A stretch of DNA of 64,000 bases, taken from the NCBI GenBank assembly GCA_050253075.1, contig JBFWJS010000001.1, positions 384,001-448,000 on the forward strand, written 5' to 3'. The position numbers and the translations under genes are program-made. Under the pieces are notes generated by a model. That model ran no database searches, was not told the DNA's origin, and saw nothing but the letters and a program-made list of their open reading frames with translations. Source of the stretch: Deferribacterales bacterium. GTDB lineage: Bacteria > Chrysiogenota > Deferribacteres > Deferribacterales > Geovibrionaceae. Positions 50,905 to 61,338 of this stretch are shown piece by piece (position 1 is the first letter of the stretch; every line of letters begins with the position of its first letter).

Positions 50905-53713
50905 CCATATAATTATTAAAGGCGCCAGACAGCACAACCTTAAGAATATCAACCTGAAAATACCTAAAAACAGGCTTGTTGTCATTACAGGTGTGTCCGG
51001 ATCCGGCAAATCAACACTAGCTTTCGACACTCTATACGCGGAAGGACAAAGGAGATATGTGGAGTCGCTCTCTGCATATGCCAGACAGTTCCTCGAGATG
51101 ATGGAAAAACCCGATGTGGATTCCATAGAATACCTCTCGCCCGCTATCAGCATAGAGCAGAAATCCATCAGCAGAAACCCCCGCTCCACCGTGGGGACCA
51201 TCACAGAGATATACGACTACATGAGGCTCCTTTACGCCCGTGCAGGCGATGTGCACTGCCCCGTGTGTGAGAAAAAGGTACAGAGCTATTCCGTGCAGGC
51301 GATAGTGGACAGGGTGCTCTCTCTGGGCGAAGACGCAAAGGTGGAGATACTCTCCCCCATCGTAAGAGGCAAAAAGGGCGAGTATAAAAAGCTCTTTGAA
51401 AAGCTGCTGAAAGACGGCTACGTCAGAGCATTCATCGACGGCGAGATGCACAGGCTGGAAGAGCCCATCGAGCTGGACAAACAGGTAAAGCATAACATAT
51501 CCGTCGTGATAGACAGGATAAAGATAAAAGAGGGGATAGCGAGACGTCTCACCGACTCCATAGAGACTGCGCTCGATCTGGGCGACGGTCTGGTAGAGAT
51601 ACAGACAGACGACAGCAACGACCTCTACTCTCAGAAATTCACATGCCCCGACTGCGACATCTCCATAGAGGAGGTAGAGCCGAGGAGCTTTTCTTTCAAC
51701 AACCCTTTCGGAGCCTGCCCCGAGTGCGAAGGTCTCGGCGAGATGCAGGTGTTCGATATCGGAGCCATAGTTCCCGACGACACCCTGAGTGTGCGTGAGG
51801 GGGCGATAGAGCCGTGGCAGCAGTTTGACAATTTCCATTTTTACAACACCCTCGTCGCTCTATCCGAGCAGCTAGGCATAGATATGAACAAGCCGTTCGG
51901 CGAGCTCACCGAAAAGAATCAGAAGATACTGCTCGAGGGGATGGAAGAACCGCTCAAGATGTTCACCTTTAAAGGTGAGAAGAAGGTCTTTTACGATAAG
52001 AAGTTCACCGGCGTATACGGATTCCTCAAAGAGAAGCTGTACACGGGCACACAGGCGGACAGAGACTTCGCTAAAAGGTATATGTCTTCCCAGAACTGCC
52101 CTTCGTGTAACGGCGCAAGGCTGAAACGCACAAGCCTCTCCGTATTCGTAGGCGGAAAGAACATCGCATCAGTCTCTGCAATGAATGTGCGTGACGCACT
52201 GACATTTTTTGAAAATGCAAAATTCGACGGCTTCATAAAAGATGTCGCCGCTAAGATAATAAACGAGATAAAGCGCAGGCTCAGCTTCCTTAACGATGTG
52301 GGTCTCAGCTATATCACCCTAGAGCGTAAGGCTTCCACCCTTTCGGGCGGTGAAGCCCAGCGTATCAGGCTCGCCACACAGATAGGCTCCGGTCTTACGG
52401 ACGTGCTCTATGTCCTCGACGAGCCGAGCATCGGTCTCCACCAGAGGGATAACGACATGCTGATCGCCACGCTGAAGAACCTGCGTGACATAGGCAACTC
52501 GCTGATAGTAGTAGAGCATGACGAAGACACCATCGCAGCATCTGACTTTGTGGTGGATATGGGACCGCAGGCAGGACGCAAAGGGGGCGAGGTCGTTTTC
52601 AGCGGACACCCCGAAGAGCTCCGCCATTGTCCCGAATCACTCACAGGCCAGTACCTGACAGGCGTGAAAAGCATTGAGATCCCGAAAGAGCGCAAAAAGC
52701 CCGACGGAAGATTCATCGAGCTGAAAGGCTGTACGGAAAACAACCTTAAAGATGTAAGCATAAAGATACCTCTCGGTCTTAACATCTGCGTGACCGGCGT
52801 TTCAGGATCGGGTAAATCCACGCTGATAATGGACACCCTGCAGGCTGTGCTGAAAAAGAAACTGCTGAAAAGCAACATACGCACTGGCGCATACGAAGAT
52901 ATCACAGGTGTGGACGAGCTGGATAAGATAATAGACATCGACCAGTCGCCCATCGGACGTACACCAAGATCGAACCCTTTGACATACACGGGTGTCTTTA
53001 CTGATATCCGTGAGATATTCGCCATGACGCAGGATGCGAAGGTTCGCGGGTATAAGATGAGCCGTTTCAGCTTCAACGTGAAAGGTGCAAAGGGCGGACG
53101 GTGCGAGACGTGTCAGGGTGAGGGATATATCAAGATCGAGATGCATTTCCTGCCTGATATGTATGTGAAATGTGATGTCTGCCACGGAAAAAGATATAAC
53201 CGTGATACCCTTGATATCAAGTATAAAGGGCAGAATATAGCCGATGTTATGGACATGACCGTAAATCAGGCATTTGAGTTTTTCGAAAATATTCCGAAAT
53301 TAAAGAATAAGTTATCTGTCTTAAAAGATGTCGGTCTCGGATATATAAAGCTGGGGCAGCCCGCAACTACCCTCTCGGGTGGAGAAGCGCAGCGTGTTAA
53401 GCTGGCAAAAGAGCTGATGAAGCGTCCTACGGGAAAAACATTATATATCTTTGATGAACCCACGACAGGACTTCATTTTGATGATATAAACAAACTGGTA
53501 AAGATTTTTGACCGTCTCACCGACAGCGGAAACACAGTTATCATCATTGAGCATAACCTCGATGTTATCAAATGTGCCGACCACATAATAGACCTCGGAC
53601 CCGAAGGGGGCGAAGGGGGCGGTACGATAGTTTTCGAGGGGACACCCGAGGAGTGTGCGAAGTGCAAAGACTCCTATACGGGAAAATATTTGAAGGGTAA
53701 GCTGATTACATGA
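50897..53713 (+). CDS. uvrA: Excinuclease ABC subunit A
   Basis: GARQHNLKNI, two GVSGSGKS Walker A motifs, two LSGGEAQR, zinc fingers; likely start ATG 50897. Confidence 0.98.
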   Translation: MNDHIIIKGARQHNLKNINLKIPKNRLVVITGVSGSGKSTLAFDTLYAEGQRRYVESLSAYARQFLEMMEKPDVDSIEYLSPAISIEQKSISRNPRSTVGTITEIYDYMRLLYARAGDVHCPVCEKKVQSYSVQAIVDRVLSLGEDAKVEILSPIVRGKKGEYKKLFEKLLKDGYVRAFIDGEMHRLEEPIELDKQVKHNISVVIDRIKIKEGIARRLTDSIETALDLGDGLVEIQTDDSNDLYSQKFTCPDCDISIEEVEPRSFSFNNPFGACPECEGLGEMQVFDIGAIVPDDTLSVREGAIEPWQQFDNFHFYNTLVALSEQLGIDMNKPFGELTEKNQKILLEGMEEPLKMFTFKGEKKVFYDKKFTGVYGFLKEKLYTGTQADRDFAKRYMSSQNCPSCNGARLKRTSLSVFVGGKNIASVSAMNVRDALTFFENAKFDGFIKDVAAKIINEIKRRLSFLNDVGLSYITLERKASTLSGGEAQRIRLATQIGSGLTDVLYVLDEPSIGLHQRDNDMLIATLKNLRDIGNSLIVVEHDEDTIAASDFVVDMGPQAGRKGGEVVFSGHPEELRHCPESLTGQYLTGVKSIEIPKERKKPDGRFIELKGCTENNLKDVSIKIPLGLNICVTGVSGSGKSTLIMDTLQAVLKKKLLKSNIRTGAYEDITGVDELDKIIDIDQSPIGRTPRSNPLTYTGVFTDIREIFAMTQDAKVRGYKMSRFSFNVKGAKGGRCETCQGEGYIKIEMHFLPDMYVKCDVCHGKRYNRDTLDIKYKGQNIADVMDMTVNQAFEFFENIPKLKNKLSVLKDVGLGYIKLGQPATTLSGGEAQRVKLAKELMKRPTGKTLYIFDEPTTGLHFDDINKLVKIFDRLTDSGNTVIIIEHNLDVIKCADHIIDLGPEGGEGGGTIVFEGTPEECAKCKDSYTGKYLKGKLIT

Positions 53714-55566
53714 AAAAACTAGTCTTTGTTTTGCTGATAATCTTTGCTGCGTCTTTTGCTTTTGCCAGCATTGAGCAGTACCAGTCCGCAAAAAAGGACT
53801 TTAACTACATCGAGCACTCCGACAAGGTCTCCAGAAAATCCTATGAGATAGTCGCGGGTAAATTCTATGAAATCTATGCGAAAGACCCCAGCGGAAAGCT
53901 GGCGGACGATTCGCTCCACTATACGGCGCAGACATACTACAGATGCTATGTCCGCTATAATCAGCGTTCCGACCTGCTCAATGCTCTGAAAAACCTCAAA
54001 CTCCTCGCTTCAAATTATCAGACAAGGCTGGCTTCGCTGGCATATCTCCAATCGGCAAAGCTGTATGAAGAGCAGAAGGACTATCCGTCTGCCAGATACA
54101 TGCTGAAAAAGCTGATGACCCGCTTCCCTAATACAGAAGATTCCAAAACGGCGGAAGACCGCCTCGCACAGATAGAGAAAAAGTTTGAAAAGAGCCTCTA
54201 TGCAGACCCTGAAGGTGCCGACACTGTCGAAACGGCAGAGACCCCCGAGCCGGTTAAGCCTATAGTGCCTGCGGTGGCTTCGAACCTGAAAGACCCGAAG
54301 GATGACGATGCTGCGGACATCTCCACAGAGGATGCCAGCATCGACACGGCAGACGCCACTACCTCAAAGAGCAAAGAGGTCTCCTACGGATCAGACACTG
54401 CACCTGCTGCCCCTGCGGGCAAGGTCGTGGTGAACAGGGTCAGATACTTTTCCACAGAGGATTACACACGTGTCGTGCTCGACCTTTCTGGCAGGGCAGA
54501 GTTTGAGAAACACTGGCTGAAGGCGAACCCTGAATACGGTAAACCGCCGAGGCTGTTCATAGATATTGAAGATGCCGTGATGTCTAAGGAGATACCGAAG
54601 GACATCAACATCAAAGACGGGCTCCTCCGCTCACTCAGATGGGGATACAACAGACCGGGCGTCGCCCGCGTCGTCCTCGACAGCGACAGCGTAAAGGACT
54701 TCACCGTCTTTGCCATGACAGACCCTAACAGAATAGTCATCGACGTCAGCAGCTCCGACATGGATAAAAAAGGCGGAACAGCGACATCATCATCTTCATC
54801 CAGCTATGTCTCCAGCACGAAAAAGGTCCCCACAGGGACAAAGGTCACATCCTCCTCAAACGGCGGAAACACTCTGGCGAGCGTCTTCGGTCTGAAGATA
54901 AATACCATAGTGATAGACCCCGGACACGGCGGGAAAGACCCCGGTGCCAGCTATTACGGACTTAAAGAGAAGGACATAGTCCTCGATATAAGTCAGGAGC
55001 TGTACCGGCTGATCAAATCAAAATACAAAGACATGAACGTATACATGACACGTAATTCCGATGTATTCATACCTCTGGAATCCCGTACCGCATTTGCAAA
55101 CAGGAAAAAGGCCGACCTCTTCGTCTCCGTACACATCAATGCCGCTCCGAACAAGCGTGCCAGAGGTGTGGAGACCTATGTTCTGAACGTTACGAATGAC
55201 AAGAAGGCTCTTGAGGTTGCCGCCTTTGAGAACGCTACTACTCAAAAATCCATGTCTGACCTGCAGGGTATCCTGAAAGATATAATGCTGAACTCAAAGC
55301 TGGAGGAATCTCTCCAACTGGCATCTTTCGTACAGAAGAACCTGCACGACAATATCTATAAGTCAGATAGATATGACCTGGGAGTGAAGCAGGCGCCTTT
55401 CTATGTTCTCGTGGGTGCAAAGATGCCTGCGGTGCTTGTGGAGGCGGGGTTCATTTCGAACAAGGATGAAGCGAACATGCTGAAAACTCAGAAATACCGT
55501 AAGCAGGTGGCAGAAGGTATTTTCGACGGTCTGTCTTCATATTTCAAAATATTCAACGGCGAATAA
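53710..55566 (+). CDS. N-acetylmuramoyl-L-alanine amidase (TPR + AMIN + Amidase_3)
   Basis: Signal peptide; IDPGHGGKDPG, EK, SVHINA, VEAGFISN. Confidence 0.93.
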   Translation: MKKLVFVLLIIFAASFAFASIEQYQSAKKDFNYIEHSDKVSRKSYEIVAGKFYEIYAKDPSGKLADDSLHYTAQTYYRCYVRYNQRSDLLNALKNLKLLASNYQTRLASLAYLQSAKLYEEQKDYPSARYMLKKLMTRFPNTEDSKTAEDRLAQIEKKFEKSLYADPEGADTVETAETPEPVKPIVPAVASNLKDPKDDDAADISTEDASIDTADATTSKSKEVSYGSDTAPAAPAGKVVVNRVRYFSTEDYTRVVLDLSGRAEFEKHWLKANPEYGKPPRLFIDIEDAVMSKEIPKDINIKDGLLRSLRWGYNRPGVARVVLDSDSVKDFTVFAMTDPNRIVIDVSSSDMDKKGGTATSSSSSSYVSSTKKVPTGTKVTSSSNGGNTLASVFGLKINTIVIDPGHGGKDPGASYYGLKEKDIVLDISQELYRLIKSKYKDMNVYMTRNSDVFIPLESRTAFANRKKADLFVSVHINAAPNKRARGVETYVLNVTNDKKALEVAAFENATTQKSMSDLQGILKDIMLNSKLEESLQLASFVQKNLHDNIYKSDRYDLGVKQAPFYVLVGAKMPAVLVEAGFISNKDEANMLKTQKYRKQVAEGIFDGLSSYFKIFNGE

Positions 55567-55577
55567 CAGGGGGATCT

Positions 55578-56933
55578 ATGCAGATCATGGCACTTATCCT
55601 TGCAGCAGGCAAGGGAACAAGGATGAAATCCGACCTGCCTAAAGTGCTCTTCGAAGCAGCAGGCAGACCAATGATAGACTATGTGGTGGATGCGGCTAAG
55701 GCGGCAGACGCTTCTGATATAAATGTAGTGATAGGCAACGGCGCAGAGCTTGTGAAAGAGCATCTGGGCGACGGCGTAAAGTTTTCCCTGCAGGAGACAC
55801 AGCGGGGCACAGGCGACGCTGTTATGGCTGCGGCATCCGACATCGAAAAGTTCGAAGGGAAAGTGCTCATCCTCTGCGGTGACATGCCCCTCGTCAAAGC
55901 GGACACACTCAAAAAATTCATCGAAGCATCAAAGGATAAGGAAGTCTCATTCATCAGCGTAAAGGTAAAGAATCCGTCGGGCTACGGACGTGTGGTCAGA
56001 GGGATAGACGACAGCGTGCTGAAGATCGTCGAAGAGAAAGATTCCACAGATGTGGAAAAAAAGATAAACGAGATTAATACGGGGATATACCTCTGCGACA
56101 GCAAAGTACTCCTCGACAGACTGAAAAAGATAGATAACAACAACGCACAGGGCGAATACTATCTCACAGACATAGTGGCAGAGGGTGCATCTGCATATCT
56201 CGGCAGTGAGGAGGACGAATTCCTCGGTGTTAATAACAGAGCCCACCTAGCACAGGCATCAAAGCTCCTATGGAGAGCCCGTGCAGAGCTGCACATGATG
56301 AACGGCGTGTCAGTGCTCGACCCTGACGCATTCTATGCCGACGGCGACATCACAATCGAGGCGGATGCCACGATATATCCGAACACATACCTCCAGAGCG
56401 GGACAGTCATCCGCAAAGGCGCAGTGATATATCCGGGGTGCCGTATAAAGAACAGTGAGATAGGCGAAAACTGCGAAATAAAGGACAACTGCCTGATAAC
56501 AGACAGCTATGTCGGTGCTGAATCTGCCGTCGGGCCTATGGCTCAGCTCCGCCCGGGCACAAAGCTCGAAGGCGGGAATAAGATAGGCAACTTCGTAGAG
56601 ATAAAAAAGGCTGTCATGGGCATCGGCTCAAAGTCGAGCCACCTCACATACCTCGGTGACGCAGAGATAGGCAAAGATGTGAATATCGGATGCGGAACCA
56701 TCACATGTAACTATGACGGTATAAACAAATATAAGACAGTCATCGGCGACGGTGTCTTTGTGGGGAGCGACGTACAGCTTGTCGCACCTGTAACTGTCGG
56801 CGCAGGCGCTCTCATAGCGGCGGGCTCCACCATCACAAAGGATGTACCCGCTGATGCTCTCGGCATAACAAGAGCCGGCCAGAAAAACCTCGAAGGCTGG
56901 GTCAGCAAATGGAAAAAAAATAAAAAGAAATAG
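55578..56933 (+). CDS. glmU: Bifunctional UDP-GlcNAc pyrophosphorylase/acetyltransferase
   Basis: LAAGKGTRMKS, GYGR, EYYLTD, GNFVE, HLTYLGD, CNYDG. Confidence 0.97.
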   Translation: MQIMALILAAGKGTRMKSDLPKVLFEAAGRPMIDYVVDAAKAADASDINVVIGNGAELVKEHLGDGVKFSLQETQRGTGDAVMAAASDIEKFEGKVLILCGDMPLVKADTLKKFIEASKDKEVSFISVKVKNPSGYGRVVRGIDDSVLKIVEEKDSTDVEKKINEINTGIYLCDSKVLLDRLKKIDNNNAQGEYYLTDIVAEGASAYLGSEEDEFLGVNNRAHLAQASKLLWRARAELHMMNGVSVLDPDAFYADGDITIEADATIYPNTYLQSGTVIRKGAVIYPGCRIKNSEIGENCEIKDNCLITDSYVGAESAVGPMAQLRPGTKLEGGNKIGNFVEIKKAVMGIGSKSSHLTYLGDAEIGKDVNIGCGTITCNYDGINKYKTVIGDGVFVGSDVQLVAPVTVGAGALIAAGSTITKDVPADALGITRAGQKNLEGWVSKWKKNKKK

Positions 56934-56938
56934 TCAGA

Positions 56939-57952
56939 ATGATCAATGTAGTATTGTGCGGAGGAGCGGGCAAGAGGCTATGGCCTATGTCTGCGGGGGA
57001 TTCTCCGAAACAGTTTATAAAGTTCGGCAGCGAAGATTCGCTTTATATCAAGACGATAAAGCGCAATATGCCTCTGTGCCATAAAACGGCAGTCTTTACA
57101 GATCAGAAATATTCGGACAAGGCAGACAAACAGCTCACAGAGCAGAAGCTCTCTGCCAGCATCGTAATGGAGCCCTCGGGTAAAGGCACGGCAGCATCTA
57201 TCATGATAGCATGCCTTATGTATCCCGACGAGATGCTCCTCGTTACACCTTCCGACCATGAGATATCCGACGACGAGGCGTATCAGAACGCCGTGAACAG
57301 GGCAAAAGCTCTGGCGGAGGAAGGGTATATAGTATCCTTCGGCATAGAGCCCGAAAGAGCCGAGGACAGGTTCGGATATATCCAGACAGACGGCGAAGAC
57401 GTCGTGAGATTTCACGAAAAACCCGATAAAGAAACAGCCGTTCAGTATATCAGAGACGGCTTTCTCATAAACAGCGGGATACTCTGCTTCAACAGCAATG
57501 TGATGCTTCATGAGCTGGTGCAGTTCCTCCCCGACCAGATGATAATAGCCCGCACGGTGCACAGCAACATACGCTCAGGACGTGCCACACACAGGCTCTG
57601 CGGACGCTTCATGGGAGAGATGAAGAACAACGACATCGACAGAAGTGTTCTGGAAAAGACAGACAGGCTGAAATGTGTGAAAGGGATAAAGGGCTGGCGG
57701 GACGTAGGCACTTTCGGCTCGATATACGAATACAGGAACACAAAAGAAGGCGGAAACGTCGCAGTGAACATAGGCGAGGGATTCGGCTGTGCAGACTTTG
57801 TGGACAGCAGCGGATGCATGATACTGAATAAAGATCAGGACGTTGCCGTTGTGGGGCTGGATGATGTGATAGTTGTCGAGACAGGGGGTAAGATACTCGT
57901 CGCCCGCAGGGACACGGACATCATGGAAGCACTGAAAAAGCTGGAAGGATAA
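56939..57952 (+). CDS. Mannose-1-phosphate guanylyltransferase-like protein (no PMI domain)
   Basis: GGAGKRLWPMS, PKQF, PSDH, FHEKP, WRDVG. Confidence 0.85.
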   Translation: MINVVLCGGAGKRLWPMSAGDSPKQFIKFGSEDSLYIKTIKRNMPLCHKTAVFTDQKYSDKADKQLTEQKLSASIVMEPSGKGTAASIMIACLMYPDEMLLVTPSDHEISDDEAYQNAVNRAKALAEEGYIVSFGIEPERAEDRFGYIQTDGEDVVRFHEKPDKETAVQYIRDGFLINSGILCFNSNVMLHELVQFLPDQMIIARTVHSNIRSGRATHRLCGRFMGEMKNNDIDRSVLEKTDRLKCVKGIKGWRDVGTFGSIYEYRNTKEGGNVAVNIGEGFGCADFVDSSGCMILNKDQDVAVVGLDDVIVVETGGKILVARRDTDIMEALKKLEG

Positions 57953-58173
57953 GCTCATCAATCGCCTCTGAATAATTTCATCAAATCACATCAGCCGACT
58001 TTTCAAATCAGGCATTTTAATGTAGAATCAATAGTATTGAATAAAAAAATGTAAATTTATTAATACAAGACTCTTAAGCCGACCTCAGAGCGGCGTCAAA
58101 TAATAAAAGCACAAGGTATTTCACACTGTAGTGTGATGCCTGTGGTACGAACCACACACTTGGAGGCAGATAG

Positions 58174-59193
58174 ATGGATCAGGAAAAGAAAAAGGCTCTA
58201 GAAATGGCCATGGGCAAGATAGAGAAGGATTTCGGAAAGGGTGCCGTCATGAGACTCGGCGATAAACCCGTCGAGAAGCTCCCCGTTATCCCTTCGGGTA
58301 TCCTCTCGCTGGATATCGCACTCGGTGTGGGCGGTTTCCCCCGCGGGCGTATCATCGAGATATACGGTGCGGAATCCTCAGGTAAGACAACCATCGCTCT
58401 CCATGCCATCGCAGAGGCTCAGAAGCTCGGCGGCGCGGCAGCATTTGTCGATGCAGAGCATGCTCTCGACCCTGTTTATGCAAAGGCTATCGGTGTCGAT
58501 ACAGACAACCTCATCGTTTCCCAGCCGGACAGCGGTGAAGTAGCCCTAGAGATCACAGAAACACTCGTGCGAAGCGGTGCGATAGACATCGTCGTAGTCG
58601 ACTCCGTTGCGGCTCTTACACCTAGAGCAGAGATCGAAGGCGAGATGGGCGATTCACACATGGGTCTGCAGGCGAGGCTGATGTCTCAGGCGCTGAGAAA
58701 GCTGACCAGTATCGTTAATAAATCAAGAACAACACTTATATTCATAAACCAGACACGTTCGAAGATCGGCGTTGTCTACGGAAACCCTGAAACAACAACA
58801 GGCGGTAACGCACTTAAGTTCTACGCTTCCATGAGGCTTGAAGTCAGAAAGAGTCAGGCTCTGAAAGAGAAGGAAGAGGTAGTGGGTAACCATGGTACAG
58901 TGAAGGTCGTTAAGAACAAGGTTGCGCCTCCGTTCAAGACTGCAGAGTTCGACATCCTTTACGGTGTCGGTGCTTCCCGTGAGGGGCTCATCATCGATAT
59001 GGGTGTGGATGCAGGATTTGTACAGAAAGCCGGCGCATGGTTCAGCTATAACGATGCGAAGCTCGGACAGGGTAAGGAAAACTCCAGATCATACCTTAAA
59101 GAAAACCCAGAGGTAGCTCAGGAGATAGAGGATAAGATCAGAGCGAAATACGGCATGACAGAGAATGTCGTTGTTGCTCCTGAAGAAGAGTAA
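58174..59193 (+). CDS. recA: Recombinase RecA
   Basis: [42 protein letters not shown]. Confidence 0.99.
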   Translation: MDQEKKKALEMAMGKIEKDFGKGAVMRLGDKPVEKLPVIPSGILSLDIALGVGGFPRGRIIEIYGAESSGKTTIALHAIAEAQKLGGAAAFVDAEHALDPVYAKAIGVDTDNLIVSQPDSGEVALEITETLVRSGAIDIVVVDSVAALTPRAEIEGEMGDSHMGLQARLMSQALRKLTSIVNKSRTTLIFINQTRSKIGVVYGNPETTTGGNALKFYASMRLEVRKSQALKEKEEVVGNHGTVKVVKNKVAPPFKTAEFDILYGVGASREGLIIDMGVDAGFVQKAGAWFSYNDAKLGQGKENSRSYLKENPEVAQEIEDKIRAKYGMTENVVVAPEEE

Positions 59194-59196
59194 TAT

Positions 59197-60267
59197 ATGG
59201 ACATAGATGCCATACTGAGAAAAGCTGTGGAGATGGGCGTTTCCGACGTCCATATAAAGGTGGGCAGACCGCCCGCCGTCAGGCTCCACGGAGATATCGA
59301 GACACTCGGCGGATTCGAAACCGTCACAGCGGATGAAGGCATGCGTATGGCTGCCACCATCATGCCTAACTCTCTGAAAGCAGAATTCAAAGAGAGGAAA
59401 GAGGCAGACTTCGCCTATGGCATAAAAGGCTTGGCTAGGTTCCGTGTGAATGCGTTCATCCAGAGGGGTATGATAGGCATGGTTATGCGTGTTATCCCCG
59501 AGGGAGTGCCCGATATCGAATCTCTCAATCTGCCGGAGGTCATAAAAGACCTCGCAGGCCAGCACAGGGGACTTATCCTTGTGACCGGCATCACCGGCAG
59601 CGGTAAATCGACCACGCTGGCATCTATGATAGACTATGTGAACCGTACCAAAAAAGTAAATATCGTCACAGTCGAAGACCCGATAGAATTCCTGCATCAG
59701 GATAAGAACTCCGTAATATCACAGAGGGAGGTCGGTGCGGATACATCGTCCTTCGGCGAGGCACTGAAGCGTGCGCTCAGGCAGGACCCCGACATTATCC
59801 TCGTGGGTGAGATGCGTGATGCGGAAACCATCGAAACGGCTCTGCATGCAGCAGAGACAGGGCACCTTGTCATGTCTACGCTGCATACACTCGATGCGCC
59901 CGAAACCATAAACAGGATAATCTCTGCATTCGAACCTCACAGACAGGAGCATGTGCGCATACAGCTCGCATCCGTCATAAAGGGTGTCATATCCCAGAGG
60001 CTTGTTCCCCGCACGGATAAAGCAGGCAGGGTCGCCGCTGTGGAGATAATGGTCGCCAACGGCACGATAAAAGAATGTATATCAGACCCCGAACGCACGG
60101 GGGAGATAACCGACTTCATCGAAGCGGGGAGAGACATATACAGATCGCAGAGCTTCGACCAGTCGCTCATGGACCATATCGAGGCGGGCTTCATCACACA
60201 GGAAGAGGCTATGAAATGGGCGAAAAAGCCCGACGATCTTAAGCTGAAACTGCAGGGCTTCAGCTAG
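59197..60267 (+). CDS. pilT: PilT/PilU-family pilus retraction ATPase
   Basis: GITGSGKSTT, EDPIE, RQDPD, GEMRD, GHLVMSTLHT. Confidence 0.9.
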   Translation: MDIDAILRKAVEMGVSDVHIKVGRPPAVRLHGDIETLGGFETVTADEGMRMAATIMPNSLKAEFKERKEADFAYGIKGLARFRVNAFIQRGMIGMVMRVIPEGVPDIESLNLPEVIKDLAGQHRGLILVTGITGSGKSTTLASMIDYVNRTKKVNIVTVEDPIEFLHQDKNSVISQREVGADTSSFGEALKRALRQDPDIILVGEMRDAETIETALHAAETGHLVMSTLHTLDAPETINRIISAFEPHRQEHVRIQLASVIKGVISQRLVPRTDKAGRVAAVEIMVANGTIKECISDPERTGEITDFIEAGRDIYRSQSFDQSLMDHIEAGFITQEEAMKWAKKPDDLKLKLQGFS

Positions 60268-60348
60268 CAGCTGAGGCATAGCACTATACTGAGAAAGCCA
60301 TCTGAATTCCTCTTTTGCCGCCTCCTGTCAGTCGGCTGATGATCAAAT

Positions 60349-60373
60349 TAGGCAAATAGCATGAGCCGTAAAC
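60349..60373 (+). repeat. Dispersed repeat shared with 21627-21652
   Basis: TAGGCAAATAGCATGAGCCG-TAAAC vs TAGGCGAGTAGCACGAGCCGCTAAAC (17/20 identical, then TAAAC). Confidence 0.6.
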
Positions 60374-60412
60374 TATGGGAGTGCAAAATGTTGACTTACA
60401 TTATGCCTCAAG

Positions 60413-60898
60413 GTGCAAGCCTTGATTTACGGTAGAAAGAAGATAAAGAGCAAAACAGGGCTGGAATACGCCTCACGTCTTTTGTCCAAAAGGGACTATT
60501 CCGAAAAAGATCTGCGTAAAAAGATAACCGAGCACTTCGGAGCCGAAGAGGCGGACGAGACAATCGTAAAGCTGAAAGGCTATGGATATCTCGACGACGA
60601 CCGCTACCGTGAGGTATACATACAGTCCCGCCTGCGCATGGGCTACGGAGCTTACCGCATATCTGGCGACCTGTATGAAAAAGGTCTGAATGACGACCTG
60701 TCCGACCTTGACGAAATCTGTGAAAAAAGTCATATTGACCGTCACGCCATTTTGCGGGACAATGTTAGAAACTATTTACAACGTAAAAACATCGAAGATG
60801 CATACGAACTGTCGGAAAAGTGCAAAGCGTACTTTTACCGCAGGGGGCACAGCCTCAGCGATGTTAAGAAACTGATAGATGAGGAGCTTGATAAATGA
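60413..60898 (+). CDS. recX: Regulatory protein RecX
   Basis: [20 protein letters not shown]...L.EKG, YRRG; start could be TTG 60422. Confidence 0.88.
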   Translation: MQALIYGRKKIKSKTGLEYASRLLSKRDYSEKDLRKKITEHFGAEEADETIVKLKGYGYLDDDRYREVYIQSRLRMGYGAYRISGDLYEKGLNDDLSDLDEICEKSHIDRHAILRDNVRNYLQRKNIEDAYELSEKCKAYFYRRGHSLSDVKKLIDEELDK

Positions 60899-61338
60899 AA
60901 GTTATATTTCTGGAAAATGTGAAAGGTGTTGCTAAGAAAGACGAGATGAAAGAAGTGAAGCCGGGCTATGCCCAGAACTTCCTCTTTAAAAAGAAGCTCG
61001 CTGTTGAGGCTACCCCTGCCAACCTTCAGGCTCTAGAAGAGAAGAAGAAGAAAGAGAAAGAAAGAGAAGATAAAAAGATAGCCGAAGCTCAGGCTCTCGC
61101 AGATACACTTAATAAGACGGGTGTCACCATACACGCAAAAGGCGGCGACACAGGCAAGCTGTACGGAGCTATAACAAACACAGAGATAGCCAAAGCACTC
61201 GCAGAAGCGGGCGTAGAGGTGGATAAAAGAGATATCGCCCTGAAAGAACACATAAAAGAGCCGGGCGAATACAGCGTGAAAGTTAAGATATTCATGGATA
61301 TAAACGCACAAGTAAAGGTAATAGTAAAAGCTGACTGA
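60895..61338 (+). CDS. rplI: 50S ribosomal protein L9
   Basis: MKVIFLENV...[18 protein letters not shown]. Confidence 0.96.
   Translation: MKVIFLENVKGVAKKDEMKEVKPGYAQNFLFKKKLAVEATPANLQALEEKKKKEKEREDKKIAEAQALADTLNKTGVTIHAKGGDTGKLYGAITNTEIAKALAEAGVEVDKRDIALKEHIKEPGEYSVKVKIFMDINAQVKVIVKAD

Noticed and set aside
54785..54804. TCA/TCT trinucleotide run in the amidase gene as a contingency repeat
   Set aside because: Short, imperfect, in-frame poly-Ser linker.
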